This document shows positions 1 to 8,788 of a stretch of DNA of 64,000 nucleotides, piece by piece. Both the position numbers and the translations under genes were made by a program. The notes below the pieces were generated by a model. It saw nothing but the letters and a program-made list of their open reading frames with translations. It was not told the origin of the DNA and did no database searches. Position 1 is the first letter of the stretch, and every line of letters begins with the position of its first letter. Source of the DNA: a virus; IMG/VR virus record IMGVR_UViG_3300021471_000007, positions 11,249 to 75,248 of that record; one strand, written 5' to 3'.

Positions 1-77
1 AGGGAGATTAAAAAACTCTTTTAATTTTATTTTAAGGGATAGTGTTTAGGCATTATTCCGAATAAAATAAAGGAGGT

Positions 78-854
78 ATGAATATGAGTGTAACGAATTT
101 TGGTGCAGGAGACGAAAATAGTGTTGTTATTTCGGTGCCGCATCATAAAGTAATTAAAGTCAGGACAAGGCCGGTACGGATGTATGAAACGGAAGAAACC
201 ATGACAAAGGAAATAGGAAGGGAACTTGCTACTGAAACAAAATCGGCATTAGTATTAAATGAAACAGAAGTGGATGTAAATAATCCATATGACTTTTTTA
301 AAAACGATGCGGAAATAAAAGAGCAATACTATAATGATATAAGGAAACTTAAACCACGCTTGGTTTTGGATATACACGGGGCAGCAGACAAGGGACCATT
401 GTTTCTTGGTTCCAATGTAAACGGAAAAAGGTATATGCGTGAGTATTACGATAAACCTATAATGGAATCTGTTCCAAGACCGGATGTAGACATAGAATTC
501 AGGAGGAAGATAGGCGATGTCACATCAAGAGGCATAGTAATACACAAGTTATCTGAATTTCTGGCAAGACACGGATTGGTAGTTGGCATAGAGATGGTAT
601 ATCCAGGAGGCAGAGTAATAAAAGAAACAGCAGGAATAAACACAGATAGTATTGCTTTGGAAATAACAAAAAGAGTAAGGACAGACGATGAAAGACGGAG
701 TCAGTTAATAGATGCGTTGTCTGAATTTATAAAGTGGTATAGGACAGGAGAAGATGAAGAAAACATAGACCATATAGAAAATGATGAAAGAAGGAGCGAT
801 GAAATAACATCGGAATTGGCACAGCATTCGCAAACAGAACGTTATATTGGCTGA
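78..854 (+). CDS. Zn-dependent amidohydrolase/peptidase (N-formylglutamate amidohydrolase / poly-gamma-glutamate hydrolase-like)
   Basis: VVISVPH, downstream Glu, LVLDIHG, YPGG and SIALEIT..R motifs of this Zn-peptidase fold; SD AAGGAGGT upstream. Confidence 0.55.
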   Translation: MNMSVTNFGAGDENSVVISVPHHKVIKVRTRPVRMYETEETMTKEIGRELATETKSALVLNETEVDVNNPYDFFKNDAEIKEQYYNDIRKLKPRLVLDIHGAADKGPLFLGSNVNGKRYMREYYDKPIMESVPRPDVDIEFRRKIGDVTSRGIVIHKLSEFLARHGLVVGIEMVYPGGRVIKETAGINTDSIALEITKRVRTDDERRSQLIDALSEFIKWYRTGEDEENIDHIENDERRSDEITSELAQHSQTERYIG

Positions 855-889
855 GGCCAATATTTCTTTTTTCTTTATGAGGTGTTGGT

Positions 890-1153
890 ATGAAAAAACG
901 ATTAATAGATTATGTAAAGAACGATGGATGTGGCATTGGTTGGGGAATTGTGAGAGAGGATTTATGTGAAGACCATATGTATGGAGAATATGTTGCAATT
1001 GATTCCATGATACGCTTCGCCGGATGTCTGGTGACTATAATAGAGGAACACTCTGATTACTTTAAAATCGCTGAGGATCCGGAAGAGTGTTGTTGGACCG
1101 AGGAAATGTTTTCTGAACTTCATATAAATAACAGATATGGGGTGGTTAGATGA
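890..1153 (+). CDS. hypothetical phage protein
   Basis: ORF with SD GAGGTG; overlaps next gene (ATGA). Confidence 0.6.
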   Translation: MKKRLIDYVKNDGCGIGWGIVREDLCEDHMYGEYVAIDSMIRFAGCLVTIIEEHSDYFKIAEDPEECCWTEEMFSELHINNRYGVVR

Positions 1154-1476
1154 AAAACAAATTGAATGATTATATAACGGATGATGTAATTTTTAGTATA
1201 ACAATAGCAGGAAATGAACTAAAAACAAAAATAGGAAGGACTGCACTCGAGGAATTCATAGACGGTCCAATGAATACTACAAACTCTATAATGTTTTTTG
1301 TAGGACTATTGGATAACCTAACATCAGATGGAAATAAGGTTTCAGTTGAATATATAAGTGACCATACAGAAGAAATTTTGGCAAAACTCACGGCAGAGGT
1401 GAGTAAATATGCATTTGAACAATATATGAAGGATATCATTAAAAAACTTAATCTTGAAGTATTGGTGGAGGTTTGA
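1150..1476 (+). CDS. hypothetical protein
   Basis: Coupled ORF, SD GGGGTGG. Confidence 0.6.
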   Translation: MKNKLNDYITDDVIFSITIAGNELKTKIGRTALEEFIDGPMNTTNSIMFFVGLLDNLTSDGNKVSVEYISDHTEEILAKLTAEVSKYAFEQYMKDIIKKLNLEVLVEV

Positions 1477-1479
1477 TAT

Positions 1480-1776
1480 ATGAAAATAAAAATAATAAAT
1501 TCGGGACACAGGCGGTTTAGATACAAAAAATACGATGATGACATCAATGATGGAATCACACTGGATTTTTCTTCATTTGCATATCCAGGATATGAAAGGA
1601 TTGGTATGAACGAAAGTGTGGTTTTGCATATAGAAAACAAAATAACAGAGGAAGATATTATTAAATACTTTAAGAATATGTTTTGGCAAGACCAAGAAGA
1701 ATTGTTAAGGCGGTTGAACAAATACAGAGCGGCACCGCTTAATATACAAAGAAATAATAATAGTGTTAATGAGTAG
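1480..1776 (+). CDS. hypothetical protein
   Basis: ORF with SD GGAGGT. Confidence 0.6.
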   Translation: MKIKIINSGHRRFRYKKYDDDINDGITLDFSSFAYPGYERIGMNESVVLHIENKITEEDIIKYFKNMFWQDQEELLRRLNKYRAAPLNIQRNNNSVNE

Positions 1777-1843
1777 CGGCATAGCCATACGGCTGCGGAA
1801 AGTGCTCAGGAGGAGCGTGTACCGTTGTGTCATGCCGCTATTC
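1771..1843 (+). ncRNA. candidate structured RNA/DNA element (multibranch)
   Basis: 12-bp closing stem 1771-1782/1832-1843 enclosing AGCC-ATAC-GGCT and GCGG..TGCTC-AGGAG-GAGCG..CCGT; GC-rich in an AT-rich genome; strand uncertain. Confidence 0.4.
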
Positions 1844-1901
1844 TCCATATATGTCTATCTGGTACCAGATGGGAACGAAGTCGTGTAAAAAAACCGTAAC
1901 C

Positions 1902-1917
1902 TTTATATTCCTATTTA
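1902..1917 (+). promoter_or_regulatory. packaging-gene (late) promoter TTTATATTCCTATTTA
   Basis: 16/16 identical to the motif upstream of the portal; begins 30 nt before ATG 1932. Confidence 0.75.
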
Positions 1918-1931
1918 GCCAATATATATGT

Positions 1932-2465
1932 ATGGTAGGAATAATAGATAGAACCGAAGGTGCGGCGCAGTATATATTTAAACAGCGTGCAAAAGGTTTA
2001 GGATACAGGCAAATTGCAAGAGGATTAAAAGCGAATTTCGGTTTAAGCGTTTCACACATGACCGTTAAAAACTTCATAGAAAACAAATCTGGAGACATGC
2101 AATATTTGATACAAGGAAACAACGAATTAAAAGAAGAAACAGAAGAACTGGTAAAAGAAACGGTTAGGGAGTTGAAGATACTTAAAAAAAGGATGTGGGA
2201 GCTTCTTGATAAAGTTGATTATAAAGGCGATTCACGTGCTATGGTACAAACTGCTTCTGAAATAAGGAAAATATTAGAGACACAAGAACGCATAATGGAT
2301 GTAATTACTAACCCAAGGCAAACTACAAACGTAAATATTTCGGATTTGAATTTAAGGATAGAAAATGTAATTCAAAATAACTTCATTGCAATATTACAGA
2401 AATTAGAAAAGCGTGGATTAATAAAAATCAAAGGAACAGAAAGCGAATTAAAATCCTCATTATAA
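1932..2465 (+). CDS. putative terminase small subunit (HTH + coiled coil)
   Basis: N-terminal HTH (GLGYRQIARGL..VSHMTVKNF), helical middle, beta-strand TNVNI; shares its promoter motif with TerL and portal; start refined to ATG 1932. Confidence 0.55.
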   Translation: MVGIIDRTEGAAQYIFKQRAKGLGYRQIARGLKANFGLSVSHMTVKNFIENKSGDMQYLIQGNNELKEETEELVKETVRELKILKKRMWELLDKVDYKGDSRAMVQTASEIRKILETQERIMDVITNPRQTTNVNISDLNLRIENVIQNNFIAILQKLEKRGLIKIKGTESELKSSL

Positions 2466-2496
2466 ATATTTCTTTTTAGGATAAATATGGAATTGT

Positions 2497-2516
2497 GAAG
2501 CGATAGCTTTATATAC
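2497..2516 (+). promoter_or_regulatory. archaeal BRE+TATA promoter GAAGCGATAGCTTTATATAC
   Basis: Exact 20-nt copy at 8554-8573; spacing to ATG 2537 fits a leaderless mRNA. Confidence 0.75.
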
Positions 2517-2536
2517 GATGGTACCCAAATAGTAAT

Positions 2537-2821
2537 ATGACTGAAAAAAGGCTGCAACTAATATTCGGCAACACAACATTATTTAGGCTATTAGATGAGC
2601 TAATAATGAATAGACAGTATAGAACAATGACACAACTGGCACAGGATGCAAATATAAGCAGAACTACATTGTTGAAACTAACACAAAAATTAAAAGAAAC
2701 GAATATAATTAGTAGAACAAGGCGTGGACGTGAAACGTTGATACGACTCAGCAAAAACAGAATAGCAAAACAATTATGCGGTCTTGCATATGAAGTTGAG
2801 GAAGTATGGAAGAAGCAATGA
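2537..2821 (+). CDS. winged-helix (ArsR/MarR-like) transcription regulator
   Basis: TMTQLAQDANISRTTLLKLTQKL...RTRRGRETLIRL wHTH pattern. Confidence 0.75.
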   Translation: MTEKRLQLIFGNTTLFRLLDELIMNRQYRTMTQLAQDANISRTTLLKLTQKLKETNIISRTRRGRETLIRLSKNRIAKQLCGLAYEVEEVWKKQ

Positions 2822-3825
2822 AAGGCTGGGTAACCATTTTAAAGGGCGAACAATCAGATTTAATGGCTAATGATGAAAAAAATCCCTCATGGAGACCTAT
2901 AGACGAAGTGGATGAACCACAATCGAGACAAGTTGTAGATTCGGAATTAATATTTGACATTGACGGAGATGATTACGAACCAGCGAGGATGTTAGCACAA
3001 AACTTGGAAAATGAGTTATTCAGCCAGAACATTCCATTCTTAAGGTTTACTTCAGGAAGATTGTTTCACTATTCGGTCTTCATTGATCATGCATCAACAT
3101 TTGATCCGGCGCACATGATCGATTATTATAAAAAAAATAAAAGCGAATTTGATAAGAGGCATTATGTTTATAACTTTGCAAAAAAAATGAGGTATGCTGT
3201 ATTTAAATATATATTAGATAAGGTGGCACCGGTTAAAGGCGCTAATATTGACTGTGGCCTCATGAAATCAAAGAGACATTTAATACGTATTTGTGGTGGT
3301 CGGCACTCCTCCGGTTATTATAAGTCGCTCCTATCCAAAATTCCCGACCACCAACCACATATCAAAAAAGATGATGTAGTATATCCAAAGTCAATAAATT
3401 ATTGGTTTGTAAATGATTTTATTACATCATTTGCATATAAATATCATTTAAGGCCAATTGTCCACAGGGGAAAAAGAGATAAAAAACAAAAACATATTAA
3501 ATGGATTGAAAAAATATTTGAAATTGAAATAGACGATGGGAGACACCGCGTAGTAAACTTGATACTTGCACCGTATCTGGTAAATATCGTTGGAATGGAT
3601 GTTGATAAAGCTACAGATAAAATATATGAGTGGGTTGAACATAACAAAGAATTATCATACACACAAATAACAAGAGATTATATAAAGTATCAGGTTGAAT
3701 ATGCATTAAAGCGCGAATTACAACCACTATCAAAGGCAAGTCTAAGGTATTATTTTAGTGAGAAAATACAAAAGAAACTATGTGGATACTATTATGATAA
3801 TACATTAAAGGGGTTTAGTAAATGA
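2818..3825 (+). CDS. archaeo-eukaryotic primase, PriS catalytic domain fused to a PriX-like C-terminal domain
   Basis: ELIFDID.D (motif I), TSGRLFH (motif II), HLIR; C-terminal DGRHRVVNLILAPYLVN..IYEWV; alternative start 2806. Confidence 0.8.
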   Translation: MKGWVTILKGEQSDLMANDEKNPSWRPIDEVDEPQSRQVVDSELIFDIDGDDYEPARMLAQNLENELFSQNIPFLRFTSGRLFHYSVFIDHASTFDPAHMIDYYKKNKSEFDKRHYVYNFAKKMRYAVFKYILDKVAPVKGANIDCGLMKSKRHLIRICGGRHSSGYYKSLLSKIPDHQPHIKKDDVVYPKSINYWFVNDFITSFAYKYHLRPIVHRGKRDKKQKHIKWIEKIFEIEIDDGRHRVVNLILAPYLVNIVGMDVDKATDKIYEWVEHNKELSYTQITRDYIKYQVEYALKRELQPLSKASLRYYFSEKIQKKLCGYYYDNTLKGFSK

Positions 3826-4160
3826 CAGAAAAGGTGTTTGTATATGGTACACTAAAGAATGGTACAGGGAAGCCCGCGTATGTTGTTGGTGAAATGAGGC
3901 ACTGCCTTTATTATCCAACAATAAAACTTGGTGGAAAAACATTAGTAAAAGGAGAAATTCGAAAAGTGGATTTATCAACACTTTTTGAATGGGACCTGTT
4001 AGAGGGATACCATCCAGGCGATAAGAATAGTTTGTATATAAGGAGAGAAACAAAAACTACAGACGGTGAAGAAATTTGGGTATATGAAGGCAACCTTTCG
4101 TGGAGGTTATCTAAAAAAATGGTCCCCAAAAATAATATATATGAATGGAGGTCGATATAA
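3822..4160 (+). CDS. gamma-glutamylcyclotransferase (AIG2-like)
   Basis: VFVYGTLK, YP, VKGEI, DLLEGY, LYIR, WVY motifs. Confidence 0.85.
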   Translation: MTEKVFVYGTLKNGTGKPAYVVGEMRHCLYYPTIKLGGKTLVKGEIRKVDLSTLFEWDLLEGYHPGDKNSLYIRRETKTTDGEEIWVYEGNLSWRLSKKMVPKNNIYEWRSI

Positions 4161-4489
4161 TGGTCTATCATGGACATCCGATGTTTTATAAAATTTTGGA
4201 TGAGTTAAAAGAACTACACGATAAAAAAAACCAACAATATGCTTCGGAGAAGGATCCATTATCTAACTTCAAAAGAGCATCTGCACTCGGTGAAAAACTG
4301 TTTAATCCTAATATAAAAAACAAGCCACTTGCATATTTGTTGGCACTGGTATCAAAACAAATAGATTGTGTTTATGATATTGTTGGTGAAGGAAAAGAAA
4401 ACACAATTGAGGAACTTGAGGACAAGTTAAAAGACATTGCAACATATGCAATACTTGCAATAATATTAGAAAGAGAATTTAAAAAATGA
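4160..4489 (+). CDS. DUF1599 / nucleotide-modification-associated all-alpha protein
   Basis: LHDKKNQQYA...DPLSNF...EDKLKDIATYAIL pattern; SD GGAGGT before ATG 4160. Confidence 0.7.
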   Translation: MVYHGHPMFYKILDELKELHDKKNQQYASEKDPLSNFKRASALGEKLFNPNIKNKPLAYLLALVSKQIDCVYDIVGEGKENTIEELEDKLKDIATYAILAIILEREFKK

Positions 4490-4498
4490 GGTGTTTTT

Positions 4499-4750
4499 AT
4501 GGAACAAAAGAAATATGATAAGTTTATAAAATATATGTGCACAAAACTGGCAGATAGTATTATAAGGAGACGTATTAAAACAATTACGAAAGAAATACCA
4601 AAAAAAGATATAGAAAAAATATTAAACGAGAAGGATACGGACGAAACATATAAACTAAGTTTTGAACTTGAATTCGGTGCTCCTGTGATCCGTTTATTGT
4701 ATTCATATTTTGAGGACGATATATTGTTCTTTGGGGTAGACGAACAATGA
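4499..4750 (+). CDS. hypothetical protein
   Basis: SD GAGGTG; coupled to next gene. Confidence 0.6.
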   Translation: MEQKKYDKFIKYMCTKLADSIIRRRIKTITKEIPKKDIEKILNEKDTDETYKLSFELEFGAPVIRLLYSYFEDDILFFGVDEQ

Positions 4751-5211
4751 AGTTAAATTTGGGCTGTGGTAAAAACAAAAAAACGGGTTTTATAAATGTA
4801 GATAAGCGAAAATGGGTAGAACCTGATGTAGTAATGGATTTGGAAAAAAAATGGAAGTTCAAGGACAATACAGTTGATGAAGTCTTTATCAGCCATGTAA
4901 TAGAGCATATCAAAGATTTACATCATTTTATGCGGGAACTATACAGAGTATGTAAAGATGGTGCGGAGATAACTATTATAGCACCATACTGGAAACACCA
5001 CAGCGCATTTGACGATCCTGACCATTGTAGGTTTATGACAGAATATTCGTTTATGTATTTCAATCAGGATACACACGGTAGCGACAAAAGTACAATGGAA
5101 GAGGCCTTTGGTTATTATGTCGATTTCAAAACAATGGATATACAGTATATTGTTCAAAACACCGAAATAACTACAATAAAATACATATTGAAGGTTGTAA
5201 AAAAACAGTGA
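4747..5211 (+). CDS. class I SAM-dependent methyltransferase (Methyltransf_11-like)
   Basis: KLNLGCG, INVD, SHVIEH, ELYRVCKDG, DPDH motifs. Confidence 0.85.
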   Translation: MKLNLGCGKNKKTGFINVDKRKWVEPDVVMDLEKKWKFKDNTVDEVFISHVIEHIKDLHHFMRELYRVCKDGAEITIIAPYWKHHSAFDDPDHCRFMTEYSFMYFNQDTHGSDKSTMEEAFGYYVDFKTMDIQYIVQNTEITTIKYILKVVKKQ

Positions 5212-5215
5212 GCAT

Positions 5216-5872
5216 ATGGGATATATAATAGGAATAGATGATGTAACGAGATGCCCGGTCATAGGGAGTTTGATATGTGTGGGTGCTCTTATAGATGAAT
5301 CTTTCATTCCATGTATGAAAAAGCTTGGAGTAAAGGATAGCAAAGTAATAACACATAAAAGAATACAAGAGCTTGCAAAAGAATTAAAACGATTGGGAGA
5401 ATACCACTCTGTTAAGATTGATGCAAAAATGATAAGCAAATCTAAAACAGACTTTAATATGAATGATATGGAATGTGCAGCATTTTGTTCAATAGCAGAT
5501 ACATTATTGGATTTACAACCAGATGCAAAGGTTCAAATAAATAATTTTGACAGAACACGCGAAAAATTTATACAAAGAGCAGAAAAACTTGGATTTAATT
5601 TTGATTGGAGCAAATGGATAATAGACCATGAAAACGAAACAAGAGATACTGTTGTTGGAGCAGCGAGCATAGTAGCAAAGGATTTATCATTAAAGGAATA
5701 TGAAAAACTTAGAGAATTGTATGGTGATTTTGGCTCTGGTAACCCAAACGATGAAAGGACGCTGACATTTTTAAGGGAAAAGTTAAGAAGTAATGAACAC
5801 TGTCCTATAATAAGATATAATTGGAAAACAATTAAAAGATTAAAAGGCGAGATAAACGAGGAAACAAATTGA
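5216..5872 (+). CDS. rnhB: ribonuclease HII, archaeal type, divergent
   Basis: IIGIDD..R.PVIG, GVKDSK, VGAASIVAK, YGDFGSG.P.D.RT. Confidence 0.85.
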   Translation: MGYIIGIDDVTRCPVIGSLICVGALIDESFIPCMKKLGVKDSKVITHKRIQELAKELKRLGEYHSVKIDAKMISKSKTDFNMNDMECAAFCSIADTLLDLQPDAKVQINNFDRTREKFIQRAEKLGFNFDWSKWIIDHENETRDTVVGAASIVAKDLSLKEYEKLRELYGDFGSGNPNDERTLTFLREKLRSNEHCPIIRYNWKTIKRLKGEINEETN

Positions 5873-6089
5873 TAAAGTCAAGTTCAAACTTTTAGGAGAA
5901 GATGTTGTTGGTTATGTATCAGAAATCAAAATAGAGAACAGTATGGCACGGTTTACAATAGCGTTTCCGTCTTTTGATAAGAAACATAAACCAACTACAA
6001 CAGATTTGATTATTAGGATACCGCTTACATCAAAACAACTGAAGATGCTTTTTGATTGGATGAATATACAAAATGAGGTGAATGATTAA
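5856..6089 (+). CDS. hypothetical protein, probable ACG start
   Basis: Open frame of 77 codons bounded by TAA directly before ACG; SD AGGCGA 5 nt upstream; stop overlaps next ATG. Confidence 0.45.
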   Translation, partial: TRKQIDKVKFKLLGEDVVGYVSEIKIENSMARFTIAFPSFDKKHKPTTTDLIIRIPLTSKQLKMLFDWMNIQNEVND

Positions 6090-6328
6090 TGTGGCCGTTT
6101 AAGACGAAAAAGGAAAAACACAAGGAGTATATACTAAGACTGTGGACAAATGCACCAACACTATTTTATATTGAGAAATATGATAATAAGGAACTTAGAG
6201 ACAACCTATATTCAAATATAATTACTGACATTTTGGAAAACAAGAAAATATTAGTGTTATTAAATCATATAATAAAAACCGACACTGTAGTTGGTGTGGA
6301 AAGGTTTGATCGTGATGTGTATGAGTGA
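6089..6328 (+). CDS. hypothetical protein
   Basis: SD GAGGTGA. Confidence 0.6.
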   Translation: MWPFKTKKEKHKEYILRLWTNAPTLFYIEKYDNKELRDNLYSNIITDILENKKILVLLNHIIKTDTVVGVERFDRDVYE

Positions 6329-6638
6329 TGGCAACGAATTGTTTGTTTTGGACTTCAAAACGTGGAAGAAATATTATGATAGTTTTGTCGAAGCTCAAAT
6401 AAAACAAATGGATGCAATATTAGAAAATGGCAATATGACGGATAAAATGTCTGAACAGCTAAACAATTTACAAGAAAGTATATTATATAATAAAGAAGTC
6501 ATAGAAAAGGCCAAAGCTGTCAAAGATGAAAGTATATTTTATATAGAAGATGGAATATTAGGTTATAGAACAGTTGGTAGGGAATTAAAAAAATTTTATG
6601 AAAAGAAAGAAACTGAAGCCAATATAGCATATGAATAA
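6321..6638 (+). CDS. hypothetical coiled-coil protein
   Basis: ORF in operon; start refined. Confidence 0.55.
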   Translation: MSDGNELFVLDFKTWKKYYDSFVEAQIKQMDAILENGNMTDKMSEQLNNLQESILYNKEVIEKAKAVKDESIFYIEDGILGYRTVGRELKKFYEKKETEANIAYE

Positions 6639-6650
6639 AGAGGTGATAAA

Positions 6651-6815
6651 ATGAATCTAAACGAATTGGCAAAAACAATAACCTTATCTGAAGGCGGAAA
6701 AATATCAATATCTATAGCACAGGTAAAAGAAGTTATGAAGATATTGTTCAGAGAATTGAACGAGTATTCAGATGAGGATATACTAAAAACAATACGCAGA
6801 TACAGAGGTTATTAA
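6651..6815 (+). CDS. small protein resembling the HU N-terminal helices
   Basis: SD GAGGTGA; MNLNELAKTITLSEGGKISISIAQVKEVMKILF. Confidence 0.5.
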   Translation: MNLNELAKTITLSEGGKISISIAQVKEVMKILFRELNEYSDEDILKTIRRYRGY

Positions 6816-6816
6816 T

Positions 6817-6963
6817 ATGCCATTACCAAAACCGCGAGAAGGAGAAGAAGAACAAAACTTTATAGCGAGGTGTATCAGATTCATAAAAGATGAGGATCCT
6901 GATATAAGCAATCAACAAGCAGTAGCTATGGCATACAGTCAGTGGAAACGTTTTAAGAAGTGA
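6817..6963 (+). CDS. small phage domain MPLPKP..E....FIARC...QQAVAMAYSQW
   Basis: Translated from sequence; SD GAGGT; pattern recalled from phage head-morphogenesis proteins. Confidence 0.6.
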   Translation: MPLPKPREGEEEQNFIARCIRFIKDEDPDISNQQAVAMAYSQWKRFKK

Positions 6964-7080
6964 TGCTATGCAGGAAATAAAATTCAAATGTATGTGCGGC
7001 AGAACAATAAAAATAAAATTCTTAACTCCTGTAGTAATAGAACAAACGTCCGAATATGAATTAAGAGGTGAAGAATCCAA

Positions 7081-8373
7081 ATGAAAAAAGTAATAATAAC
7101 AATGCCAATAAGAAATCGTGATTGGTGTATTAGCAATGTGTTGAATAGTATTAAGGATCAAACATATAATCTTAAGGATATCGGATTGTATTTTTTATTA
7201 AACGATTCTACGGACAACACAGAAAAAATATTAACAAAATTCAAAAATGATAATGAACAGTTGTTTAGGGAGATAATAATAGAAACAAAAAATATGGGAG
7301 AGATGGAGCTCGATGATCATATATGGAATAAAACAAATTATAGTAGAATAAGTAAATTAAGAAACGAATGTCTAAAACAAATAAAGGATTACGATTATTT
7401 ATTAATGTTGGACTCAGATACGTGTTTAAATCCAAATGTAATTAAGCATCTAGTAGAACTTGACAAAGATGTTATAACTGAAAACGGTTGGGCTACATGG
7501 AATACAGTATTTGGTGAAGTTTATCCATATGTTACAACAAAAAAAGATCCACTGAATCCAGATTATTGGTTGCTGGATGATAGTATAGATATATTGAGAA
7601 AACCAGGTACTTATAAATTTACTCCAAACAGGCATATGCGAAGCGGTGGTTGTGTATTGATAAAAAGAAACGTAATAGAATCCGGTGTAGATTACACACC
7701 AGAATTTAAAAACCCAATTACATTATTACAATATCAAGATGAACTGACCGTATTTAGTCATAATTTACAAAAACACGGATATGATCATTGGATAGATACA
7801 CATTATGAATGTTATACATATGAACAATATGAACCAAAAAATCTTGTAACAACCATATCACATGATTTATATACGAATGCGATAGACTTTTTGAAGAAAG
7901 CAGGAGTCAAAACAGTTATAGATGTTGGAACGGGAGTTGGATATGGCATGAACATGCTATCAAAATATTTCAAAGTGCGTGGCATTGAAAAAGACCGAAA
8001 TGTTTATAAACAGGCCATATTAAATTATCCAAAACTGAAAATAGATAATATTGATATGTTTCACTATAATAACGAAAAAGCAGATGCTGTTATATCATGT
8101 GAACTGATAGAGCATATTCCTTTTTTAAGGGATTATTTCAATAAGCTAAGGAGCATGACTAAAGAACATGGTTATGTTTTTATATCAACACCAAATTCAG
8201 AATTGTTTGAAAAACAACCAGCATATCATATACATAGATTTACAAAAAAAGTATTTGAAAACATATGTAGTGAATATATTGTTGGAGATTGTTACTATTT
8301 GTATGAAAAAAACGAATATACAAATAACAAGACATTGAAAACAAATTTAATGTATTTCGGGAAATGGAGGTGA
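7081..8373 (+). CDS. GT-A (family 2) glycosyltransferase fused to a SAM-dependent methyltransferase
   Basis: MPIRNR, NDSTD, LRNECL, MLDSD (DxD), GGCVLI; C-terminal VIDVGTGVG, ELIEH, ISTPN, YHI. Confidence 0.85.
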   Translation: MKKVIITMPIRNRDWCISNVLNSIKDQTYNLKDIGLYFLLNDSTDNTEKILTKFKNDNEQLFREIIIETKNMGEMELDDHIWNKTNYSRISKLRNECLKQIKDYDYLLMLDSDTCLNPNVIKHLVELDKDVITENGWATWNTVFGEVYPYVTTKKDPLNPDYWLLDDSIDILRKPGTYKFTPNRHMRSGGCVLIKRNVIESGVDYTPEFKNPITLLQYQDELTVFSHNLQKHGYDHWIDTHYECYTYEQYEPKNLVTTISHDLYTNAIDFLKKAGVKTVIDVGTGVGYGMNMLSKYFKVRGIEKDRNVYKQAILNYPKLKIDNIDMFHYNNEKADAVISCELIEHIPFLRDYFNKLRSMTKEHGYVFISTPNSELFEKQPAYHIHRFTKKVFENICSEYIVGDCYYLYEKNEYTNNKTLKTNLMYFGKWR

Positions 8374-8553
8374 AATTATGGCAAAATCGCCAGGGTATTT
8401 GTTTAATGAGAAAACGCTATGTAATTTTTGTAACGAGGGACCAATGGCAGACCATAGTATGTGCATTATAGCATACCAAATAAAAGAATTAAGGGAAGCA
8501 GTTCAAAAGCTAACAATAGTTTTGGCAAGTAAACAAAACAATTGAGGAACTAC

Positions 8554-8573
8554 GAAGCGATAGCTTTATATAC
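8554..8573 (+). promoter_or_regulatory. archaeal BRE+TATA promoter (copy of 2497-2516)
   Basis: Exact 20-nt repeat, intergenic. Confidence 0.75.
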
Positions 8574-8605
8574 TAACAAAATAATATGTAATAGAGGTGA
8601 AATAA

Positions 8606-8731
8606 ATGTTTGAATGTGAATGTTTGAAATGTGGATACAGGATGAGTTCTGAACAGCACTGTATGAGTATTAAATGTCCAAAGTGCGGCGGAGAAATGAG
8701 AAGAGTAGATAGACCAGGGATTGGCAGATAA
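8606..8731 (+). CDS. Zn-ribbon microprotein (CECLKCG...HC..IKCPKCGGEMRR..RPG)
   Basis: SD GAGGTGA; two CxxC pairs. Confidence 0.7.
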   Translation: MFECECLKCGYRMSSEQHCMSIKCPKCGGEMRRVDRPGIGR

Positions 8732-8788
8732 AACAATAATTAAGCTGGGCTATTAATACCTTTTTAATTTTATATATGAGGTGATAAG

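Noticed and set aside
1150-1776. Two ORFs in the same frame separated by a single TGA
   Set aside because: The second has its own SD and ATG; long genes show no sign of genome-wide stop recoding
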